Assembly: GCA_019695455.1 (NCBI GenBank)
Contig: JAEUAC010000284.1
Location: forward strand, 1 to 39,543
DNA length: 39,543 bases
Direction: 5' to 3'
Source: Methylorubrum extorquens
GTDB taxonomy: Bacteria > Pseudomonadota > Alphaproteobacteria > Rhizobiales > Beijerinckiaceae
Translations under genes and position numbers: made by a program
Part shown: in pieces, positions 9,277 through 17,485 of the stretch
How positions within the stretch are numbered: position 1 is the stretch's first letter
Layout of the letters: every line of letters begins with the position of its first letter
The notes under the pieces: generated by a model
Databases searched by the model: none
Seen by the model: the letters and a program-made list of their open reading frames with translations, nothing else
Told to the model about the DNA's origin: nothing

Positions 9277-9930
9277 TCACGCGTGGTCGTGGACGTCGCG
9301 GATCGCGGCGACGATGTTCGGATAGGCGGCACAACGGCAGATGTTGCCGCTCATCCGCTCGCGGACCTCGGCGTCCGAGAAGGCGACCTGGTCGAGATCA
9401 GCCGTGACGTGGCTCGGGATGCCCGCCTCGATCTCCTTGAGGACCGCAACAGACGAGCAGATCTGGCCCGGCGTGCAGTAGCCGCACTGGAAGCCGTCGT
9501 GCTTCACGAAGGCCGCCTGCATCGGGTGCAGGTTCTCGGGAGAGCCGAGGCCCTCGATCGTGGTCACCTCGTCCCCCTCGTGCATGACGGCGAGGGTCAG
9601 GCAGGAGTTGATGCGCTGGCCGTTGACCATGACGGTGCAGGCCCCGCACTGGCCGTGATCGCACCCCTTCTTCGAGCCCGTAAGCGCCATGTGCTCGCGC
9701 AGCGCGTCGAGCAGCGTCACGCGCGGATCCAGCGTGAGGGACGTCGCCTGGCCGTTCACGGTGAACGAGACCGGCATCGTGGGCGTGGCGCCCGCGGAGG
9801 CCGGAACGGACGCGGCGCCGGATGCTGACGGCTGTGCGGACGCGGGAGGGCTCATGCCGGCGACGACGGCGGCGGCGCTGCCCGCGACGCATGCGCGCCG
9901 GGTCAGCGATAGGTCTGACGGTCGGTCCAA
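9277..9930 (-). CDS. paoA: Aldehyde oxidoreductase 2Fe-2S subunit with Tat signal
   Basis: TRRACV twin-arginine leader. [22 protein letters not shown] and GNICRCAAY 2Fe-2S motifs. Confidence 0.87.
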   Translation of the reverse strand: MDRPSDLSLTRRACVAGSAAAVVAGMSPPASAQPSASGAASVPASAGATPTMPVSFTVNGQATSLTLDPRVTLLDALREHMALTGSKKGCDHGQCGACTVMVNGQRINSCLTLAVMHEGDEVTTIEGLGSPENLHPMQAAFVKHDGFQCGYCTPGQICSSVAVLKEIEAGIPSHVTADLDQVAFSDAEVRERMSGNICRCAAYPNIVAAIRDVHDHA

Positions 9931-10152
9931 AGGTCGATCTTTCCGTGTAGGCCAGTTTCGAACCTTTCAAATCTCAAGTGGCGCAAACGATCCCTGGCGC
10001 CCCTGCGGCATCCTGCGCGGCTCTCGCCAAGGTGGTCCGTCGCCGCGATCAGCTGTCGATCGCGCCCGTTCCTGCCCGACGCGGTCTTGCGCGCGCGCGC
10101 ATCCCGCCTAGTCTCGTGCGCTCTTCGCCTGAACTCGAGAGCGTCGTCGCCC

Positions 10153-11799
10153 ATGTCGTCACCGGCCGTTGCAGATCTGGTCCTGAGAGGAGGGCCGATC
10201 ATGGCCGGGCGGGGCCTCGGCACCGTCGAGGCGCTGGCGATCGGCGGCGGGCGGATCCTGGGCCTCGGCCGGGACTCCGACATCGAGACGCTGGTCGGTC
10301 CCGACACGCGCCTCGTCGATCTCGCCGGGCGGACGGCCACGCCCGGCCTGTTCGAGGCGCACCTGCACCTCCTGCCGCTCGGCCTGACGATGGTGGAGCT
10401 CGACCTGCGGCCGGCCCGGGCCCGCACGCTCGACGCGCTTCTGCGGACGGTCCGCGAGCGCGCCCGCACGGCCCCGCCCGGAGCCTGGATCCTGGCCCGC
10501 GGCTACGACCAGTTCGAGCTCGACGTGAAGCGCCACCCGTTCCGCGAGGAGCTGGACGTCGCGGCGCCGGACAACCCCGTCTACCTCGTGCGCGCCTGCG
10601 GCCACGTCTCGATCGCGAACTCGGCCGCGCTCGCGCTGGCCGGCATCGACGAATCGACGCCCGTTCCCCAGGGCGGCGCCATCGAGCAGCAGAACGGCCG
10701 CCTGACCGGCCTCCTCGCCGAGACGGGGCGCGACCGGCTGAAGGCCGTCCTGCCCGCTCCGACGGAGGAGGAGCTGATCGCCGCGATCCAGCGGGCCGGC
10801 GAGGCCTGCCTCGGCTACGGCATCACGTCCGTCATGGACGCGGCCGTCGGCATGCGGTCCGGCCTGCGCGAGTTCGGCGCCTACGAGGCCGCGCGCGACG
10901 CGGGCCGGCTCCCCGTCCGCACCACGATGTGCCTCCTCGGCGGCCCGACGGGGATCCTGCAGCCGGCCTGGGATGCCGGCTATCGGCCGGGCTGGGGCTG
11001 CGACCGGCTGCATGTCGGGCCCGTGAAGATCTTCACGGACGGCTCGGCCGGCGGACGGACCGCCGCCATGGAGGCGCCCTACCTGCCGGACGCGCACGGC
11101 AACGCCGAGGAGCACGGCCTCATGCTCCTGAAGGATCCGGAGATGGACGCGCTGGTGCGCGACTACCACGACAAGGGCTACCACCTCGCCGTCCACGCCA
11201 TCGGCGACGCCGCCATCGAGCAGACGCTGAACGCCATGGAGGCGGCGCTCGCCGCGACCCCGGATGCCGATCGGCGCCACCGGATCGAGCATTGCGGCTT
11301 CAACTCGCCGGCGCAGATCGCCCGCATGGCGCGGCTCGGCATCGAGCCCGTGCCGCAGCCGGTCTTCATCTACGATTTCGGCGACCTCTACGTCTCCGTG
11401 CTCGGCACCGAGCGGAGCGCGCAATCCTATCCGCTGAAGACCTGGATCGAGGCCGGCCTGCACCCGGCGGCCTCGTCGGACGCGCCCGTCTGCGACATCA
11501 ACCCGTTCGTGAACCTCTACACGATGATGACCCGCAGGACCTCGCGCGGGACGGTGCTGGGCGGAGCCGAGGCGGTCGACCTCGAGACGGCCGTCACGGC
11601 GTACACGGAGTTCGGCGCCTACGTGAACAAGGCGGAGGGACGCGTCGGACGGCTCGCGCCGGGGATGCTGGCGGACGTCGCGGTCTATTCCCGCGACCTC
11701 GGCGCCGCCGAGCCGGAGGCGATCCTGTCCGACACCCGCTGCGACCTCACGATCCAGGGCGGCCGCGTCGTGTTCGACCGGCACGGCGAGGCGTCGTGA
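10153..11799 (+). CDS. YtcJ/NfdA-like amidohydrolase (amidohydro_3)
   Basis: PGLFEAHLH, KIFTDGS, HAIGDAA, RIEH and SSDAP motifs. Start taken as MSSPAV at 10153. Confidence 0.85.
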   Translation: MSSPAVADLVLRGGPIMAGRGLGTVEALAIGGGRILGLGRDSDIETLVGPDTRLVDLAGRTATPGLFEAHLHLLPLGLTMVELDLRPARARTLDALLRTVRERARTAPPGAWILARGYDQFELDVKRHPFREELDVAAPDNPVYLVRACGHVSIANSAALALAGIDESTPVPQGGAIEQQNGRLTGLLAETGRDRLKAVLPAPTEEELIAAIQRAGEACLGYGITSVMDAAVGMRSGLREFGAYEAARDAGRLPVRTTMCLLGGPTGILQPAWDAGYRPGWGCDRLHVGPVKIFTDGSAGGRTAAMEAPYLPDAHGNAEEHGLMLLKDPEMDALVRDYHDKGYHLAVHAIGDAAIEQTLNAMEAALAATPDADRRHRIEHCGFNSPAQIARMARLGIEPVPQPVFIYDFGDLYVSVLGTERSAQSYPLKTWIEAGLHPAASSDAPVCDINPFVNLYTMMTRRTSRGTVLGGAEAVDLETAVTAYTEFGAYVNKAEGRVGRLAPGMLADVAVYSRDLGAAEPEAILSDTRCDLTIQGGRVVFDRHGEAS

Positions 11800-11839
11800 C
11801 GCGGCCGGGCCGGCACGCCGCCTGCAAGGCGGTGGGGGC

Positions 11840-12778
11840 ATGACGCGCTACATCCTGTCCCGCCTGCTGTCCGCCATCCCGGTCCTGTTCGGCGTGCTCC
11901 TGTTCGGCTTCCTGCTGCTCAAGCTGACGCCGGGCGATCCGGCGACGGTGGTCGGCGGCCCCATGGCGACGCCCGAGGTGATCGAGGCGATCCGCCGCGA
12001 GATGGGGCTCGACAAGCCGGTCGTCTGGCAGTTCCTCGTCTATGTCGGCCGGGTGCTGCAGGGCGACCTCGGCTATTCGCTGATCTCGAACACGCGCGTG
12101 CTCGACGAACTCTCGGAGGCCTTCGGCCCGACCGTGGAGCTGATGCTCGCCTGCCTGGTCTGGTCGATCCCGCTCGGCATCGGGCTCGGCACGCTGGCCG
12201 CCGCCTACCGGGGCACCCTCGTCGACCGGCTCGTGATCGCGATCTCGGTCGTCGGCGTGTCGATGCCGATCTTCTTCGTCGGCCTGCTGCTCGTGCAGTA
12301 CGTCGGCTATTACTGGAACCTGCTGCCGTTCCTCGGCCGGGGCGGCCCGGTCTGGACGGGGCAGGGGCTCGCCCACATCGTCCTCCCGGCCGTCGCGCTC
12401 GGCGTCTTCTTCATCGGACCCGTCGCCCGCATGACGCGGGCCGCTTGCCTCGAGACCTTCGGGCAGGACCATGTGCGCACGGCCCGCGCCAAGGGCGTGC
12501 GCGAGACGCGGGTGGTGCTCCGCCACGTGCTGGCCAACGCCATGATCCCGATCGTCACCCTCGTCGGCCTGCAGATCGGCTTCCTCCTCGGCGGCGCCAT
12601 CGTGACGGAGACGATCTTCTCCTGGCCGGGCGTGGGGCGCCTCGCGGTCGGGGCCATTCTGTCGAGCGACCTGCCGCTGGCCCAGGGCGCGATCCTGATG
12701 CTCGCGATCGGCTTCATCCTGACGAACCTCGCCGTGGACCTTCTCTACGCCGTCCTCGATCCGAGGCTCGCCCGGTGA
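11840..12778 (+). CDS. Peptide/nickel ABC transporter permease (DppB/OppB-like)
   Basis: PGDPA, GDLGYS, RTARAKG and ETIFSWPGVG motifs. Confidence 0.9.
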   Translation: MTRYILSRLLSAIPVLFGVLLFGFLLLKLTPGDPATVVGGPMATPEVIEAIRREMGLDKPVVWQFLVYVGRVLQGDLGYSLISNTRVLDELSEAFGPTVELMLACLVWSIPLGIGLGTLAAAYRGTLVDRLVIAISVVGVSMPIFFVGLLLVQYVGYYWNLLPFLGRGGPVWTGQGLAHIVLPAVALGVFFIGPVARMTRAACLETFGQDHVRTARAKGVRETRVVLRHVLANAMIPIVTLVGLQIGFLLGGAIVTETIFSWPGVGRLAVGAILSSDLPLAQGAILMLAIGFILTNLAVDLLYAVLDPRLAR

Positions 12779-13650
12779 GCGCCGCCCTCGCGCCCGAAGC
12801 GCCGCCCCGGGCCCGGCCCCGCAAGGCGCCGCGCGACGTCCTGGCGATCGCCATGGCGGTCCTGTTCGGCCTGATCGTGCTGGCGGCGGTCTTCGCGCCG
12901 CTGCTCGCGCCGCTCGATCCCTACGAGACGACGCCGCAGCCCTTCCTGTCCCCGTTCTGGGGCGAGACCGCGAACGCCGCCTATCCGCTCGGCACCGACG
13001 GGCAGGGTCGCGACATGCTCTCCCGCCTCCTCTACGGGACGCGGCTGACGCTGCTCATCGGGCTCGCCTCCATCGCGATCGGCGGCGTCGTCGGAATCGC
13101 GGTCGGGCTCCTGGCCGCCTTCTATTCGCGGCTCGACGGCGTGCTGATGCGGCTCGCCGACATCGTGCTGTCCTTCCCGTCGATCCTCCTCGGCCTCGCC
13201 TTCGCGGCCGTGATGGGGCCCGGCGCCCCCGCCATCGTGACGGCGCTCGCCATCGCGACCATCCCGGAGATCGCGCGCGTGACGCGCGGCTCCGCCTGCA
13301 CCGTGATGAGCCAGGACTACGTGGTCGCGGGCCGCTCGCTCGGCCTGCGCGACTGGGACCTGCTGACGCGCTACGTGGCGCTGAACTGCCTCTCGGCGGT
13401 GTTCGTGTTCCTCACCATCCGGTTCGGGCAGGTGATCCTCGTGGCGGCGGCGCTGTCGTTCCTCGGCCTCGGCGCCCGCCCGCCCGCGGCCGAGCTCGGC
13501 ACCATGGCGTCGCAGGGCCGCGACGCGCTCTTCTTCGCGCCCTGGATCGCGACGCTGCCCTGCATCGTGATCGTGGCGATCGTGCTGGCCGCGAACGTCC
13601 TCGGCGACGCGCTGCGCGACCGGCTCGACCCGCGGCTCAGGAACGCGTGA
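12775..13650 (+). CDS. Peptide/nickel ABC transporter permease (DppC/OppC-like)
   Basis: PLGTDGQGRD, LSFLGLG and GDALRD.LDPR motifs. GTG start overlaps the upstream TGA (GTGA). Confidence 0.88.
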   Translation: MSAALAPEAPPRARPRKAPRDVLAIAMAVLFGLIVLAAVFAPLLAPLDPYETTPQPFLSPFWGETANAAYPLGTDGQGRDMLSRLLYGTRLTLLIGLASIAIGGVVGIAVGLLAAFYSRLDGVLMRLADIVLSFPSILLGLAFAAVMGPGAPAIVTALAIATIPEIARVTRGSACTVMSQDYVVAGRSLGLRDWDLLTRYVALNCLSAVFVFLTIRFGQVILVAAALSFLGLGARPPAAELGTMASQGRDALFFAPWIATLPCIVIVAIVLAANVLGDALRDRLDPRLRNA

Positions 13651-13700
13651 GCGGCCTGGCCGGGACATTGCAGATGACGACGCACCATGGAGTTCGCCCG

Positions 13701-15296
13701 ATGCCAAGACTGAGATCGTTGTGCCGGGGCCTCGCGCTCGGCGCGGGAGCCGTCCTCGCCCTGGCGGGCCCGGCCCTCGCGCAGAAGTCCGTGACCATCG
13801 TCCGCGAGGTCGATTCCAACAACTACGACCCGCACAAGTCGACCGCCCGCGCCGCCTCCGAGGCGCTGTTCATGCTGGCCGACACGCTGGTCTCGCTCGA
13901 CTACGACATGGCGACGATCCGGCCGGGGCTCGCGACCTCCTGGGCCGTGTCGGACGACAAGAAGACCTACACGTTCAAGCTGCGCGACGACGTCACCTTC
14001 TGCGACGGCAAGAAGATGACGGCCGACGACGTAGTCTATTCCTTCAAGCGCTGGCTCGATCCGGCCACGCGCTCCCCGGTGCGCTGGCGCGCCGGCCCGG
14101 TCGACGACATCGTGGCGGTCGACCCGACCACCGTCGAGTACCGCCTGAAGGCGCCGTTCTCCGAGATGCTCTATCAGCTGACGCAGAGCTTCGCCGTCGT
14201 CGTCGACAAGAGCGACGTCGAGAAGCTCGGGCCCGATTTCGGCGTGAAGGGCCTGAACGGGACCGGTCCGTTCTGCTGGGTCGACTGGAAGCCCCGCAAC
14301 GAGATGCGGATGAAGAAGAACGCGGCCTACAGGTGGGGCCCGCCGATCTACGACAACAAGGGCCCGGCCCAGGTCGACGAGATCGTCTGGAAGATCGCGC
14401 CCGAGGACAACACGCGCCTCGCCGCCATCATGACGGGCCAGAGCCAGATCACCCAGTACGTGCCCTATTCGGGCATGGCGCCGATCCGGGCGAACCGCAC
14501 CGTCAAGCTGGTGGAATCCAAGGAAGCGTTCTGGACCTATTTCATCGGCTTCAAGATCGACAAGGAGGGCGTGAACGACCCGGAGGTCCGCAAGGCGATG
14601 GTCATGGCCGTCGACCAGGCGGCGATCGCGAAGAACCTGTTCTTCGGGGAGGTGAACCCCGCCTACAGCTACATCAGCCAGGACGCGCTCGACTGGAACA
14701 GGAAGGTCGACGCCGAGCTCATCCGGACCAACGTCGCGGAGGCGAACCGCATCCTGGACGCGGCGGGCTGGGCGCGCGGCGCCGACGGGTTCCGCACCAA
14801 GGACGGCAGGAAGCTCTCGCCGCTCCTCTACTCGTTCACGGGCTCGACCTGGCAGAAGCTGTCGGAGGCCGTGCAGGGCGACCTGCGCAAGATCGGCGTC
14901 GACATGCGCGTGCAGCTCTTCGACGCGACGGCGGCCTGGGGAAAGATGGCGACCCAGGAGTTCGACGCCTTCGGCATGAGCTACCCGTACATCTCGGCCG
15001 GCGACGCCCTGAACCTGTACTTCCGCTCGGCCAACATCCCGACGCCGAACCGGATGAACTTCAAGGAGGCGAAGGTCGACAGGCTGCTCGACGCCGGCAT
15101 GACGGCGACGACCGACGCCGACCGCGCCGCCGCCTACGGCGAGGTGCTGGAGGACGTCCACAGGCAGGCGCTGTGGATCCCCCTCTATCACGAGCCCATG
15201 AAGATCGCCGTCTCGGCGAAGCTCGCGCCCATCAAGGCCCACAACAACTACGGCTGCGGGCTCTACAAGGGATTGGACATCCGCTACGTCCAATAG
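13701..15296 (+). CDS. ABC transporter substrate-binding protein, family 5
   Basis: Signal peptide ending ALA-Q, YTFKLRDDVTFCDG..TADDV and GTGPF motifs. GGAG RBS before the ATG at 13701. Confidence 0.88.
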   Translation: MPRLRSLCRGLALGAGAVLALAGPALAQKSVTIVREVDSNNYDPHKSTARAASEALFMLADTLVSLDYDMATIRPGLATSWAVSDDKKTYTFKLRDDVTFCDGKKMTADDVVYSFKRWLDPATRSPVRWRAGPVDDIVAVDPTTVEYRLKAPFSEMLYQLTQSFAVVVDKSDVEKLGPDFGVKGLNGTGPFCWVDWKPRNEMRMKKNAAYRWGPPIYDNKGPAQVDEIVWKIAPEDNTRLAAIMTGQSQITQYVPYSGMAPIRANRTVKLVESKEAFWTYFIGFKIDKEGVNDPEVRKAMVMAVDQAAIAKNLFFGEVNPAYSYISQDALDWNRKVDAELIRTNVAEANRILDAAGWARGADGFRTKDGRKLSPLLYSFTGSTWQKLSEAVQGDLRKIGVDMRVQLFDATAAWGKMATQEFDAFGMSYPYISAGDALNLYFRSANIPTPNRMNFKEAKVDRLLDAGMTATTDADRAAAYGEVLEDVHRQALWIPLYHEPMKIAVSAKLAPIKAHNNYGCGLYKGLDIRYVQ

Positions 15297-15300
15297 GCGC

Positions 15301-15549
15301 TCAGCGCCGGTCGTGGACCGGCCGGCGCGGCGCGACCGAGCCGGTCGTGCCGACCTCGCCGCGGCCCGGACGGACCGCGTCGAAGAGAGGCTCGGCCGGC
15401 TGCTGCGCGCGGCCGGCGGACGGGCCGTTCGAATAGGTGCTCATGAACGCGCCGCCGGCGGGCGAGCGGTCGCCGCCGTTGGAGGCGAAGGCCGGGGCCG
15501 CCAGCATCGAGAGCGCGAGGGCGGCAGCAGGGAAGGCGAGTTTCGACAT
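15301..15549 (-). CDS. Small hypothetical secreted protein (82 aa)
   Basis: MSKLAFPAAALALSMLAAPAFA is a clear Sec signal peptide. C-terminal TTGSV motif. Fills the gap between two + strand genes. Confidence 0.65.
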   Translation of the reverse strand: MSKLAFPAAALALSMLAAPAFASNGGDRSPAGGAFMSTYSNGPSAGRAQQPAEPLFDAVRPGRGEVGTTGSVAPRRPVHDRR

Positions 15550-15598
15550 GACGATGGATCCGATCGTGGCAGGCGCCCTGGGCGCCGGATGCCGTGAC

Positions 15599-15624
15599 AA
15601 CGTCCTCCGCGAGGCGACCGTTGC
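15599..15624 (-). promoter_or_regulatory. Candidate sigma-EcfG (general stress response) promoter
   Basis: Minus strand reads GCAAC-N17-CGTT, one mismatch to GGAAC-N16/17-CGTT, about 50 bp upstream of the small secreted ORF. Confidence 0.35.
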
Positions 15625-15660
15625 GTGTGCGGGCACACACGGCGCAGCCGGGACGCGCGC

Positions 15661-17094
15661 ATGACGACCACCCTGATCCGCAACGCCGCCTGGGTGGTCG
15701 CCTTCGATCCCGGGCGGGGCGGCCACGTCTACCGGCAGGGCTGCGACGTCGCCTACCGGGACGGCACCATCACGCATGTCGGCACGTTCGACGGCACGGC
15801 CGACCGCGAGATCGACGGGGCCGGCCTCATGGTCATGCCCGGCCTCGTGGACATCCACGCGCATCCCGCCTCCGAGCCCATGAACAAGGGCTGGACGGAC
15901 GAGATCGGCTCGGCGCGGCTCTATCAGTCCTCGCTCTACGAGTTCATGCCGCTGTTCCGGCCCGATGCCGAGGCCGTGCGGGCGGCGGCGACCGTCGCCT
16001 ATGCGGAACTGCTGCTGTCGGGCGTCACGACGCTCGTCGACCTCTCGGTCGCCTGGGACGGCTGGATCGACCATGCGGCCGCGAGCGGGATGCGGACCGT
16101 GCTCGCGCCCATGTACCGCGACGCGCGCTGGTTCACGGCCAACGGCCACGTCGTCGAATACGAGTGGGACCCGGCCGGCGGCCGCGCGGCGATGGCCGCC
16201 GCCATGGCCGTCCTCGACGGCGCGGCCGCGCATCCGTCGGGCCGCCTCTCCGGCATGGTCGCGCCCTCGCAGATCGACACCTGCACGCCCGAGCTCATCC
16301 GCGACAGCTTCGCGGAGGCCGAGCGGCGGAACCTGCCGTTCCAGATCCACGCGGCGCAGAGCGTCGTCGAGTTCCACGAGATCACGCGCCGGCACGGCAT
16401 GACGCCGATCGAGTGGCTCGGCTCGCTCGGCGTGCTGTCGCCGCGCTCCATCGTCGGCCACGGCATCTTCCTGGACCACCACCCGGGCGCCGGCACCTGG
16501 CCGAAGCGCGACGACCTCGCGGAGCTGGTCGAGACCGGCACGACGGTCGCGCATTGCCCGGTCGTGTTCCAGCGGCGCGGCATCGCGCTCCGCTCCTTCG
16601 GCCGCTACGTGGCGCGCGGCCTCAACATGGGGGTGGGGACCGACACCTACCCGCACAACATGCTCGAGGAGATGCGGCAGGTCGCCATGAACGCGCGCCT
16701 GATGGCCGAGACCGTCTGGGACCTGCGCACGGCGGACGTGTTCGACGCCGCGACGCTCGGCGGCGCGAAGGCGCTCGGCCGCGACGACATCGGCCGCATC
16801 GCGCCCGGTGCGCGGGCCGACCTCGTCCTCGTGGACGCGACGCATCCGGCGATGCGGCCGCTGCGCGACCCCGTCCGCTCGCTCGTCTTCGCGGCGGCCG
16901 ACAGGGCGGTGCGCACCGTCGTCGTGGACGGCCGCACGGTCGTGGAGGAGGGACGCTGCCTCACGCTCGACTACGCGGACGCCGCCGCGCGCCTCGAGGC
17001 GGCGCAGCGCCGCGCCGAGGCCGGGGTCGCCGCCCTCGACTATGCCGGCCGCGACCACCTGACGATCTCGCCGCTCGCCTACCCGACGGCCTGA
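15661..17094 (+). CDS. Metallo-dependent amidohydrolase (SsnA/chlorohydrolase/deaminase group)
   Basis: MPGLVDIHAH, SGVTT, QIHAAQS, VAHCP, GTDT, ATLGGAKALG and ADLV motifs. Confidence 0.85.
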   Translation: MTTTLIRNAAWVVAFDPGRGGHVYRQGCDVAYRDGTITHVGTFDGTADREIDGAGLMVMPGLVDIHAHPASEPMNKGWTDEIGSARLYQSSLYEFMPLFRPDAEAVRAAATVAYAELLLSGVTTLVDLSVAWDGWIDHAAASGMRTVLAPMYRDARWFTANGHVVEYEWDPAGGRAAMAAAMAVLDGAAAHPSGRLSGMVAPSQIDTCTPELIRDSFAEAERRNLPFQIHAAQSVVEFHEITRRHGMTPIEWLGSLGVLSPRSIVGHGIFLDHHPGAGTWPKRDDLAELVETGTTVAHCPVVFQRRGIALRSFGRYVARGLNMGVGTDTYPHNMLEEMRQVAMNARLMAETVWDLRTADVFDAATLGGAKALGRDDIGRIAPGARADLVLVDATHPAMRPLRDPVRSLVFAAADRAVRTVVVDGRTVVEEGRCLTLDYADAAARLEAAQRRAEAGVAALDYAGRDHLTISPLAYPTA

Positions 17095-17170
17095 CCGCGC
17101 CGCGTCTCCCCGCTGCCGTCCGGAGACCGTCGGCAGGGGGGAACGGCCGGGCGCTGCAACCTCCGGCCGA

Positions 17171-17199
17171 TTGACGCTTCGGCCGACCGGGAACATAAC
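17171..17199 (+). promoter_or_regulatory. Candidate sigma70 promoter
   Basis: TTGACG (17171-17176), 17 bp spacer, CATAAC (17194-17199). Confidence 0.55.
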
Positions 17200-17205
17200 A
17201 AGAAC
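17191..17205 (+). promoter_or_regulatory. Alphaproteobacterial LexA (SOS) box
   Basis: GAAC-ATAACAA-GAAC is an exact GAAC-N7-GAAC direct repeat with an AT-rich spacer, overlapping the -10 element. Confidence 0.75.
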
Positions 17206-17226
17206 GAACGAACGCGGTGAATCGGC

Positions 17227-17448
17227 ATGGGCGAGGTGCGGGCAGGGGCGACGGAGGGACGGCCGGATCCGGAGCTGGCGGACGCCATCGAGGCCTATCT
17301 CAAGATCACGCGGGGCGACGTCCGGCAGGCGCTCGCCCTGTCGGTGGCGGACGCCATCGCCGTGACGCGGCTCGTCTCGACGGGCTACGCGCGGCTGCGG
17401 CAGCCGAAGCGGCGCTGGCTGGGGCGCGGCGAGGACCGGGAGGCGTGA
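17227..17448 (+). CDS. Small hypothetical protein (73 aa), putatively SOS-regulated
   Basis: GC3-rich codon usage. Directly downstream of the promoter and LexA box. Helical AI..Y...GDVRQAL and VSTGYAR segments. Confidence 0.65.
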   Translation: MGEVRAGATEGRPDPELADAIEAYLKITRGDVRQALALSVADAIAVTRLVSTGYARLRQPKRRWLGRGEDREA

Positions 17449-17485
17449 GCGTTCCGGCGGGACCGGAGGGCGTGTAGGGTCCGGC

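Noticed and set aside
6107-9930. Xanthine dehydrogenase xdhABC
   Set aside because: The Tat leader, three-subunit layout and PaoB cysteine cluster fit PaoABC/YagTSR-type aldehyde oxidoreductase better.
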